In this document: piece after piece, positions 45,055 through 53,552 of the stretch
Numbering within the stretch: position 1 is the stretch's first letter
Layout of the letters: every line of letters begins with the position of its first letter
DNA from: an uncultured virus (IMG/VR IMGVR_UViG_3300022468_000269)
Lineage: Duplodnaviria; Heunggongvirae; Uroviricota; Caudoviricetes
Length of the DNA: 64,000 bases
Reading direction: 5' to 3' (one strand)
Virus record (IMG/VR): IMGVR_UViG_3300022468_000269
Program-made: the position numbers and the translations under genes
The notes under the pieces: model-generated
What the model was told of the DNA's origin: nothing
Database searches by the model: none
Seen by the model: the letters and a program-made list of their open reading frames with translations, nothing else

Positions 45055-46684
45055 GGTCAATAATCCCTCGAATAACTGCATAGTCGGACTGGGTGGCACG
45101 ATCAAGCACAGTCATTTTAAGAGCCTCGGTCATGTTATCCTTACGACCACGGAAGACAGTATTAAGGTGGGCAACAGCTTTACCAACAGCCAACATACCA
45201 CGGGGGCTAATAGGTTGGAGAATCTTGGCATCTTGGAATGCCTTAAGATGTTCTTCAACATATTTGTTGATGATAATAGTCTCCCCATCAGTCAGGCCGG
45301 GATTGTGGCGAGAGAGCAGATCAGCCCGCTGTTCTTTGTTCAGATAGTCTACCTTACCCCAGATGGTGAAGCGATCAAGGAAAGCCAAGGATTGAGGCCG
45401 AGCACCTTGATACATACCATGCTCATCACCTTGTCCAACAGTGTTACCAGTGGCAAACATACGGAACATAGGATCAGGAGACACAAGACGCCCACCATCC
45501 TCAGTGATACGGAATGAGTTACCCTCAAGCACAGACTGCATCACATAGGCTACATCAGGACGGCAGAAGTCAATCTCATCAAAGGCTACAATGTAAGGAG
45601 ACTGCATCAGACGAGGCAAGATACCATCAACAAAGACAGACTTACCATCCTTGAGAGTATCCCGACCGATCAAGTCCATACGGGTAATCTCAGAGTCAAA
45701 GTTGATACGAGCAAAGGGCCAGTTAAGGTGCGCTGCAATCTGCTCAAGAAGAGTAGTCTTACCAGCACCAGTATGCCCTTGAAGATACATACGCTGATTG
45801 GATACGATAGCATAGAGAGCCTTAACAAGCAAGTCTTCACGGAAGATATAGTGAGGGTCAATGGTAGGCACATCAGGGTGAGCACCATCCCATTCCCATA
45901 CAGGGATATCAAAGGCAGCAGAGGTAGTCAAGGGGAACACTTTATCAATAGCCTTCATAACAATCTTACCAGAAGGAATAGTACCATCAGAGGTAACCTT
46001 AGTATCCTTGAAGGGCTTGGCAGCAAGTTCAGACTGAAGGCCACCAAGGGCATCCTTAAGAGACTGTACAGCCTTGTCACTAATCTTACGCTGTTCCTCT
46101 GCTTGTTTCTTGATAGTCTCCATCTGACCAGCAAGAGAACCAACAGACTTGAACCCTTCAACCACCTCATTCCAAGTAGGTTGACCGTAAGACTTAAGCA
46201 CAGTGTTAAGGATGTTCAGTTGCTCTGCACTAGAAGGAAGGCTAGGCATAATGACACCAGAAGGCACAGTAACCTCAGGTGTAGCTACACCACCAGCACG
46301 AGCAGCTTCAAGCTTACGATAAGAGTCAAAGAGAACCTCAACAAACTTATCCTCTTCAATATAGTTACAGACAATCTCTGCATCAGAAGGAGCAGCGAGA
46401 ATCTTTTCACAGTATTCACGATACGAGATGTGACCAGCAGCCATCATCAAGACAATGAACGGGGGTGTCCGCTCAGTAGCCTTATAGAACGTATCGCTAA
46501 CGTGTGCCTCTACCTTGTCATACAGATCAGGTTCAGTAGCCTTGATGATACGCTTAACAGCATGGCGAATCTTGCCACTGTCCCGCTCATGGCCTTCCTC
46601 TTCAATGGTGATTTTACCCTCTGCATTCTCAGTGAAGTTGATGTGCAGAAAGGGTGCGATTTCTTTCATCAGTTCAGTTGTCAT
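45041..46684 (-). CDS. cobS: CobS-like MoxR-type AAA+ ATPase with long N-terminal extension
   Basis: GHTGAGKT, RMDLIG, FDEID, FATGNTVGQGD...YQG...AFLDRF; start reassigned to MTTELM. Confidence 0.8.
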   Translation of the reverse strand: MTTELMKEIAPFLHINFTENAEGKITIEEEGHERDSGKIRHAVKRIIKATEPDLYDKVEAHVSDTFYKATERTPPFIVLMMAAGHISYREYCEKILAAPSDAEIVCNYIEEDKFVEVLFDSYRKLEAARAGGVATPEVTVPSGVIMPSLPSSAEQLNILNTVLKSYGQPTWNEVVEGFKSVGSLAGQMETIKKQAEEQRKISDKAVQSLKDALGGLQSELAAKPFKDTKVTSDGTIPSGKIVMKAIDKVFPLTTSAAFDIPVWEWDGAHPDVPTIDPHYIFREDLLVKALYAIVSNQRMYLQGHTGAGKTTLLEQIAAHLNWPFARINFDSEITRMDLIGRDTLKDGKSVFVDGILPRLMQSPYIVAFDEIDFCRPDVAYVMQSVLEGNSFRITEDGGRLVSPDPMFRMFATGNTVGQGDEHGMYQGARPQSLAFLDRFTIWGKVDYLNKEQRADLLSRHNPGLTDGETIIINKYVEEHLKAFQDAKILQPISPRGMLAVGKAVAHLNTVFRGRKDNMTEALKMTVLDRATQSDYAVIRGIIDRVVK

Positions 46685-46694
46685 GTGGTATCCT

Positions 46695-46886
46695 TTACCA
46701 GTTGAGCATTTCATTAGTGCAGAGTAAAGTACCTCTACAGGCACTTAGATTATAATCATACGAGCTACTATTAAACAACTCTGGTTCAGCTTCGTTAACT
46801 TTGTCACCTACACTAGTAAAGAACAAGTTACGGGTTGAATACTTTGACGAACCTCTTAGGTAACAGTAGAGTTTATCTGCCACCAT
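46695..46886 (-). CDS. mini-ORF family member (63 aa, divergent)
   Basis: MVADKLYC...TLLCTNEMLNW; GGAGG SD. Confidence 0.6.
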   Translation of the reverse strand: MVADKLYCYLRGSSKYSTRNLFFTSVGDKVNEAEPELFNSSSYDYNLSACRGTLLCTNEMLNW

Positions 46887-47257
46887 GTCTTGTCCTCCAT
46901 GATATAGGTATAGTCTCCCTTGATTTCAGACTTGGAAACATTAGTCCAGATACCGAGATACTTTAGATTATTCGTACCCATTGCACTGCCTCTAGTCTCT
47001 GCTAGAACTTGGTTATCAGGAAAGATAAGAAGGATAGACTCTTGATGTTTTACCCATCCGTAGGCTAGAACATAGTTAAGAAAATCCTCTTGATCACAAA
47101 TAAAACTATACTCAGGCACACCTTTATAGGTGCCGATACATAGCTTGAAGTCACCTTTAAGTTTCTTCATAGCCCTAAGCTTGTCGATATTGTGAAGGAA
47201 CTTAGCTATACTGTGCAGCTTATCCCCATCATCAATAGAGAATACTACCCTAGTCAT
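46856..47257 (-). CDS. conserved phage hypothetical protein
   Basis: CIGTYKGVPEYSFI...QESIL. Confidence 0.7.
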   Translation of the reverse strand: MTRVVFSIDDGDKLHSIAKFLHNIDKLRAMKKLKGDFKLCIGTYKGVPEYSFICDQEDFLNYVLAYGWVKHQESILLIFPDNQVLAETRGSAMGTNNLKYLGIWTNVSKSEIKGDYTYIMEDKTWWQINSTVT

Positions 47258-47607
47258 TTAGACCTACCTTTCCCCGGATTATCAGGATCAGAACAACCAC
47301 CACCACGGCAGTCACCCTCATCACCGTTACCATGCCCTTTGTTGTCCTTTACTTTTTCAGGATCAGGCTCATTTTCCACAGGGTCCACAGGATCAGTAGG
47401 ACCAACAGGTTCATCAGGCACACTAGGCCCACCACAATCAGTGACACAATCAGGAACCAGATCAGGGTTAACACTACCTCCACGATCATCACAGTTTCCT
47501 TCCATAATAATGTGCCCAGTCCAAACAGGGCAAGGTGGTAGTTGGTTAGGAGTCACAGCACATGCTGACAGACTAATGACAGTAGTAAATGCAAGAATAG
47601 CTTTCAT
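47254..47607 (-). CDS. Pro/Asp-rich lipoprotein
   Basis: MKAILAFTTVISLSAC lipobox; PVDPV repeats; NKGHGNGDEG tail. Confidence 0.7.
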   Translation of the reverse strand: MKAILAFTTVISLSACAVTPNQLPPCPVWTGHIIMEGNCDDRGGSVNPDLVPDCVTDCGGPSVPDEPVGPTDPVDPVENEPDPEKVKDNKGHGNGDEGDCRGGGCSDPDNPGKGRSK

Positions 47608-47608
47608 G

Positions 47609-47845
47609 TTATTCAATCCTAAAGCTGGAGTAATCTTCTTTCTTGATGATTGTGTTACCAATCCTTACCCAAGGCACATCTTCCATAAGCATAGCAAACA
47701 CATCATCAATAGCTTGTTGCCTATCGGCAGGGTCAAGGACAGAGAAGCTATTCAATGGCACAGCCTTACCATCCCAGATACCATAGACAACGATAGGGAA
47801 TAGTTCTAGTGCTACGATGTTATCAGGAGTTTCCATCTGCTTCAT
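47609..47845 (-). CDS. hypothetical protein
   Basis: 78-aa ORF in early arm. Confidence 0.55.
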   Translation of the reverse strand: MKQMETPDNIVALELFPIVVYGIWDGKAVPLNSFSVLDPADRQQAIDDVFAMLMEDVPWVRIGNTIIKKEDYSSFRIE

Positions 47846-47961
47846 CCGTATAATACTGTTGCATCTCCAGCCTGAAATCTTCCTCAGTCTGTGACATTAG
47901 AGACTGAATAAAATCATCCCAAGCCTCTAGCTCTACTTCTTTATAGTCTTTCTCCATAGCC

Positions 47962-48210
47962 TTAGCTCCTATGTGTGATACATGACAGGATGCGAGTAGT
48001 ATAATCTACTTGTGCTGCGGCCTTGGCTGCATCAGTGGTGTCGAACATCAACTCTGAGCCTATGGTGAGAACAGAAGCGCCTTCTGCACCACTAGGTAGA
48101 CGTAGACGATAGGTTTGCCCGTATCCTCGACAGTCATGGACTACATAATTACCAAATGGCGTAGTTGCAACATGACCGTTCCAGACTAGGGGTATAACTT
48201 TATCTTTCAT
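47962..48210 (-). CDS. hypothetical protein
   Basis: MKDKVIPLVW...AKAAAQVDYTTRILS; AGGAG SD. Confidence 0.6.
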   Translation of the reverse strand: MKDKVIPLVWNGHVATTPFGNYVVHDCRGYGQTYRLRLPSGAEGASVLTIGSELMFDTTDAAKAAAQVDYTTRILSCITHRS

Positions 48211-48459
48211 AGTCTTAACTCCTATGTGAATGCCAACACAAACAGGAAACAACCTGTTGCAAAGCCTAGTCCAAAGAAGAATGCTGCCCCACTCATTCTT
48301 TATCACTCCTAGCTAGTATCTCTTTCTGGATAGTGTGGCCCATTTCCCTAGCATAGGTAAGCCCACTGTTATGATATGGGGTATGGTCAAAGACAATCTG
48401 CCAACAGGCTTGACGCTCGGCCAATACAGCCTTCTTGATATCCTCTTCTGTATAGGTTG

Positions 48460-48600
48460 TCATTCATCCCACTCCTCTAGATAAAGGAAATACAAGAACT
48501 CATCATACGACAGCATATCTTCTTCGCTAGGGTCGATATAGTCAGCGGAATCTTCCCCTTCGTAGTAAGAGTAATTCCGATCATCCAGATTTACACGCAT
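48460..48600 (-). CDS. very acidic 46-aa protein
   Basis: Manual translation MRVNLDDRNYSYYEGEDSADYIDPSEEDMLSYDEFLYFLYLEEWDE. Confidence 0.6.
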   Translation of the reverse strand: MRVNLDDRNYSYYEGEDSADYIDPSEEDMLSYDEFLYFLYLEEWDE

Positions 48601-48856
48601 GATTGCACCTTATTTCATTGAGGTTATAGCAGACATGGGAAGATACGCCTAAGCCGACAGCCTAAGCGCATGGTGGCAATGATGACAGTAGTATATATTC
48701 TATACCCTATTCATCAGACCCCTTTCTTTCCAATGATGGTGATATTAGTATCTCTGATCAGATGATACCATCCATGCAGCCTTACCATTGCTTCATAGAT
48801 CATCTCATCTTTGATAGGGTAGCGCTTACCCTGAATCTCTGCATAGTAAGCCATGA

Positions 48857-49069
48857 TTAGTTTCCCTTCCCTACCTTGAATATCCTTGCCTTAGTAACAG
48901 GATAGAATCCTTTGCCATTAGGGTATGCCTTAGGCGTGTCTGTCACCTCGTCCCAATACCGCTTTATCCACAAGGCCAACATCCTTTGGGCTGTAGCAAA
49001 GTCCATATTATCTTTGCAATACACGCGGCATTCCCCGGCGTATTCGTAATAGATATTACACTTAGCCAT
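48857..49069 (-). CDS. early hypothetical protein
   Basis: 70-aa ORF with AAGGGA SD. Confidence 0.6.
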   Translation of the reverse strand: MAKCNIYYEYAGECRVYCKDNMDFATAQRMLALWIKRYWDEVTDTPKAYPNGKGFYPVTKARIFKVGKGN

Positions 49070-49144
49070 AGTTATTCCCTTTTGTTATCAAGACAAGCTA
49101 AAGAGATAGCCTAAGTTTCCATAGGCTACCCTTGTTAGACTGTC

Positions 49145-49699
49145 TTACTTGGCTTCAAGAGTATGGATCAAGACAGCCAAAGCAATACCATTATCATCGC
49201 ACCATTTCTTTAGTGCATCCTTCTTTGCTGCTAGCAATTCGGCGTCAGTCTTGGCAGGCTTTTCAACGGTAATAGCGGGGAACAATTCCTTGAACGTCTT
49301 ACCACGCGGGCCTTCGTTCTCCGCCTTCAGCATACGCAACACTTCAAGCTTGTCGCGTTGGATCAGGTCATTGTCTTCTGTCTTAGTGACAACCCATTTC
49401 ACACCGAAGTCAGACCCTGCCTCATACTTGGCATTAGCAGTCGGAATGATGTGTTGAATGATGCGCTTGAGGGGCTGAAGATAGGGTAGTTTGTTCCCTT
49501 CAATGTTACGAATGCGCTTAGCTTTCTTGCCAGAGGTGACAACCAAAAGCTTGGCCAAAGGATCGCGGTTCCCTTCACCAAATTGTTCCAGCGCATGGAT
49601 ACATGCAGAAAAGAAACCATACTCTGCATCCTTGGCAGACGACAGCCATGCAGATACAGCATCCATAGACAGTTTTGCAGTGTCGATAGTGTCAGTCAT
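49145..49699 (-). CDS. first early-arm hypothetical protein
   Basis: 184 aa, GGAG SD. Confidence 0.75.
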   Translation of the reverse strand: MTDTIDTAKLSMDAVSAWLSSAKDAEYGFFSACIHALEQFGEGNRDPLAKLLVVTSGKKAKRIRNIEGNKLPYLQPLKRIIQHIIPTANAKYEAGSDFGVKWVVTKTEDNDLIQRDKLEVLRMLKAENEGPRGKTFKELFPAITVEKPAKTDAELLAAKKDALKKWCDDNGIALAVLIHTLEAK

Positions 49700-50782
49700 T
49701 GTTCTAACTCCATTGAATGTATGTGACGTAAAACAACGTCTGAATACCCACTGTTTCCAATGGGTATAAGGTCATTGTTTAGTTGCTTTGCTATACTCGT
49801 TAACATTTTATATCCCTGAATTGATTGTGCCGCATGACACCGTATCACTAGGTTAATATTCCCTAGCCTTTAGTCACACCTTAGTGTGATGGTCTGTCCT
49901 ATACGCAATCAATTCAAGTTAGGCTAATATCCCTTAAAGGTATCCTAAGGGATGCGAGCTAGCCTTCCCGCCGTCATTCCTTACACGCTAGGCCATATGC
50001 CGTAAAAGGTTTGTCCATGATCGGGCTTGCCATGCCCTAAGACTAGACAGGAAAGCTACCTGTCACCCTAGCGTTGTTCCAACAATGTCAAAGAGCTAAG
50101 ACAGACTAGACAGACCTTTCCCGTCCCCAGAACAGAAGGGCTAACCTTCGATGTCCTAGCTTGTGGAACCCTTATCGAGTCCGAATACGATCAAGGCGGT
50201 GTGCCTCTTTCGATAACCAATGTATAGGCCAAGGCTGTATCCAATGTCTAGTAACGTTTTCGTGATAGGATTGAAACAATTCAGAAGGTGAATGCCAAGG
50301 CATAACCTAATGCAAAGACGCACGCGCGTAACATATGACAGAAGGATAGTCAACAGATAATGTGGTGGATAACATATCGTTATATCTGAATGTATACAAC
50401 GGTATACAATAAAGGACGGGGTGACCTATGGTATTATCATATTCATATCATTGAATAAACTAAATGTATACACTCGTATACAAAAGGTTTATGCCCATGG
50501 TGCAAGCCACGTATGCAAGAGGTGTGTGCGTGGAGGGGTAGGCAGGGGGTAGGGGGGTGCTCTTGGTTCTATGTATTGCACCTCAAGATTATCTCTGCAA
50601 AATTTTGCCATAGGAGAAAGCGTAGGAGAGCCGTACAGAGCCTCTAGGGTATCTTTCCATACCGAGGTAGCCAAAACAGCTACAGCCCCTCTAAGGCCCC
50701 TCCCAGAGCCTCTACGGGGAAAAGCCCCTCTGGAGTATACCTTGCCTTCCTCAAGGCACTAAGATTTATTTTCTCTTGCCCC

Positions 50783-50811
50783 TTGACAAAGTACGCAAGG
50801 CCCCCTATATA
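50783..50811 (+). promoter_or_regulatory. sigma70-like promoter
   Basis: TTGACA-N17-TATATA. Confidence 0.55.
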
Positions 50812-50973
50812 TACTTATAGTATACCTTAAGGTACTTCAGGTAAGCTGTAGTATTATTATCTTTAGAAAGAACACTCATGTACTCTAAGTGCACCTTAAG
50901 TACCTGTAGGTCATTTTTGTCTTATATTTCTATAGAAAAGTACATTTTTCTGTCTCCATACTAAAGATTTCTC

Positions 50974-51002
50974 TTGACATCCTCTAAGTTATACTGTATA
51001 AT
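50974..51002 (+). promoter_or_regulatory. consensus sigma70 promoter for the virion arm
   Basis: TTGACA-N17-TATAAT exact match. Confidence 0.85.
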
Positions 51003-51036
51003 GCAATGAAGATAACGAATCACCTAAAGGTACCTT

Positions 51037-51294
51037 ATGCTCTGGCAACCAATTGAGACAGCTAAGAAAGAGTTTGGTACAGGCATACTAGCCTACGTAG
51101 AAGGTGCTGATGGAAGACCACTAGTCTTTGTAGCTCACTGGACACACCCTTCTAGTATGTTCTCGTCTCAGTACGTAGAAATAAGTCCAGATGACCCAGA
51201 GTGTGAATGGACTACAAGTCTTAGTAGGATAAAGCAACCGACACATTGGATGCCGTTACCTCCAACACCCAAAGGAAACCATGCCTCTCTTTGA
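51037..51294 (+). CDS. DUF551-like protein
   Basis: WQPIETA...PTHWMPLPPTP. Confidence 0.8.
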   Translation: MLWQPIETAKKEFGTGILAYVEGADGRPLVFVAHWTHPSSMFSSQYVEISPDDPECEWTTSLSRIKQPTHWMPLPPTPKGNHASL

Positions 51295-51793
51295 ACGCTC
51301 CGATCTGTACAACAAGTCCAACCGTGCCTTCTCTCGTGAACTCTTTGTCCAGTACAATCCTAGCGGACCACTGACTCTGGAACGAGAAGACAAAGACGGT
51401 AAGATCAGCCTTTACAAGCTATTTGTAGCACTCACCATTGAAGACCCTACGGAGATGCACTTCGCAGAGGAAATCTTTGGTGACTGCATGTACTGGATGA
51501 AGATCAGGGATGATACGTTCATCAGTGGTCATCTCCGTGAGTGGAGACTTATTGCTGCTCAGAAACGTAAAGAGATTGCCTTTAAAGCCATCCTAGATGT
51601 CATCAAGACCAAAGGCCCCTCCAGCTTCACTGCTGCCAAGTATTTGATTGAAGAACCTTGGCTCACTGGTAACTCTGTTGCTCACAAGAAACTTCTCCGT
51701 AAACAGTCTGAAGAAACTTCCAACAAAGCCTATAAAGATAGTTCTGTCTCCCAAGACTTCATCCGACTGAAAGAAGAAGGTTTGATTAACTGA
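51281..51793 (+). CDS. putative terminase small subunit
   Basis: Helical 170-aa protein at start of packaging arm; DPTE..FA...W, AAKYL. Confidence 0.55.
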   Translation: MPLFERSDLYNKSNRAFSRELFVQYNPSGPLTLEREDKDGKISLYKLFVALTIEDPTEMHFAEEIFGDCMYWMKIRDDTFISGHLREWRLIAAQKRKEIAFKAILDVIKTKGPSSFTAAKYLIEEPWLTGNSVAHKKLLRKQSEETSNKAYKDSSVSQDFIRLKEEGLIN

Positions 51794-52128
51794 TGGCCAA
51801 AGGACTTCCATCTCTATATGATCTAGTTAAGAGTGGGATTAAACCCTCTGCTAACTCTCCCAAGACTACCCCTCCACAGTCTAAAAGTAAAAGAACTAAA
51901 GCTTCTTCTATGCCAACTGACTGGCCTACTAAAGCATCTAAAGCTAAAGATAACCTTAAAGCAGCCAACAATCCTTCCTACAAGAAGGCTAAATCAAAGG
52001 TTAAGCCTGCCGCCAGAGTTACTGTCTCCCTACCTAAACGAGGAGGTGGGGGTGGTGGAATCTACGATATCTCTCGTCCTATCAAGAACGCTGCACGTAA
52101 TTACATGAAACCAGAGAAGTTGTTTTAA
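51793..52128 (+). CDS. Lys/Ser/Pro-rich basic protein
   Basis: Composition; coupled to neighbours. Confidence 0.6.
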   Translation: MAKGLPSLYDLVKSGIKPSANSPKTTPPQSKSKRTKASSMPTDWPTKASKAKDNLKAANNPSYKKAKSKVKPAARVTVSLPKRGGGGGGIYDISRPIKNAARNYMKPEKLF

Positions 52129-53552
52129 TGCCCAAGGCACCTACCCTTCCTACTATTACAGGTCAGTACGCCAGTGCTTCTCAGCTTAATGCTGCCTTCA
52201 GGGATATCGAGACTTCCTTTGAAAACACAGTCTCTCTGGATGGCTCGACTCCTAATGCCTTGACTGGTGATCTGGATGTTAATGGTAACGATATCATTAA
52301 CGTTGGAAGTATGGTTGTTACTGGTACACTTACAGTTGATGGGGAAGACCTGTCTTCTCTTGTCACCGCTGCTGCTGAAGCTTCTGCTGCCGCTGCTGCC
52401 GCTGCTGTATCCGAGACTAACGCTGCTGCCTCTGAAGCCTACGTAGCCTCTGTAGAAGCCTCTCTCCCAGACTGGCAAGGTGCATGGCTTACTGCCACTG
52501 CCTACGCTACTGGAGACTTGGTACGTGAGAGTGGTAGTGTTTATATCTGTCTTGTCGCCCATACCTCTGGTACCTTTGCTACTGATCTGAGTGCAGTCAA
52601 GTGGGAACTGTTCGCTCAGAAAGGTGCTGCTGGTGCTGGTACTGGTGACATGATTGCAGCCAACAACCTTTCTGACGTAGCCAGCCCCGCTACCTCTCTT
52701 GTTAACCTTGGTCTTACTGCTACTGCTGCTGAACTGAATACCTTAGATGGTATCACAGCTTCTGTCGCAGAACTAAACGTACTAGACGGTATTACTGCCA
52801 CTGTATCTGAACTCAATGTCTTGGATGGTATCACCTCCACAGTTACAGAACTAAACCATACTGATGGTGTTACCTCTAACATCCAGACTCAGCTTGATCT
52901 TAAAGCTCCTCTAGCCTCTCCCACATTCACTGGTACTCCTGCCGCACCTACTGCTACTGCCGGGACAAACACCACTCAAGTTGCTACCACTGCCTTTGTT
53001 ACCACTGCTGTAGCTGGTGTAGGTAGCACTGGTGGTACAGAGTTTATTGAGACACAAGACTATGCTGGCACAGCTACTGGAGACTTTGTACTCCCTTCTG
53101 GTTACGATGCTTACAAGCTTGTGTTTGCTAACGTTATTCCAGCCTCTGCTGCTGACCTCTGGGTACGTACCTCCACTGATGGTGGCTCTATTTATGATAC
53201 GGGTGGTTCAGCATACTCTTGGGCTTACACCACCACTAGGTTTAGTACAGCCCCTACTGTTACTACCGTAGGTGATGACGCAGACTCGGAGATTACTCTA
53301 GCACCCGCCGTAGGTACAGGTGGTGGAGAAGATGGGGTGTCTGGTGAACTTACTATCTATGGACCTCATCTTACTAAACGTACTATGGTAACCTTTAAAG
53401 GTGTATTCTTTCCAAGCACAGGTCTTTCCACTATGGTAGAATCTGGTGGAGTACGGAACTCTGCTGCTCTAGTAGACGCTGTTCGTGTTATGTTTGCATC
53501 TGGTAATATTGAATCTGGTACCATCACTTTGTATGGTATGGTAAACGCTTAA
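52128..53552 (+). CDS. tail fibre protein
   Basis: WQGAW...YATGDLV...YICLVAHTS module, ELNxLDGIT repeats, LASPTFTGTP motif. Confidence 0.8.
   Translation: MPKAPTLPTITGQYASASQLNAAFRDIETSFENTVSLDGSTPNALTGDLDVNGNDIINVGSMVVTGTLTVDGEDLSSLVTAAAEASAAAAAAAVSETNAAASEAYVASVEASLPDWQGAWLTATAYATGDLVRESGSVYICLVAHTSGTFATDLSAVKWELFAQKGAAGAGTGDMIAANNLSDVASPATSLVNLGLTATAAELNTLDGITASVAELNVLDGITATVSELNVLDGITSTVTELNHTDGVTSNIQTQLDLKAPLASPTFTGTPAAPTATAGTNTTQVATTAFVTTAVAGVGSTGGTEFIETQDYAGTATGDFVLPSGYDAYKLVFANVIPASAADLWVRTSTDGGSIYDTGGSAYSWAYTTTRFSTAPTVTTVGDDADSEITLAPAVGTGGGEDGVSGELTIYGPHLTKRTMVTFKGVFFPSTGLSTMVESGGVRNSAALVDAVRVMFASGNIESGTITLYGMVNA

Larger units (their letters stand above)
49700..51030. other. non-coding region between divergent arms; probable genome termini / terminal-repeat junction
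   Basis: No credible ORFs; hairpins, GTATAC repeats, G-rich tract and promoters. Confidence 0.6.

Noticed and set aside
45728..46705. 325-aa plus-strand ORF (and similar ones at 43415-44056 and, on the minus strand, 53549-54322)
   Set aside because: Antisense shadows of cobS, cobT and terL.
49700..51030. tRNA genes or real CDSs in the inter-arm region
   Set aside because: No cloverleaf with T-loop consensus found; the short ORFs lack convincing SD sequences and phage-like codon usage.
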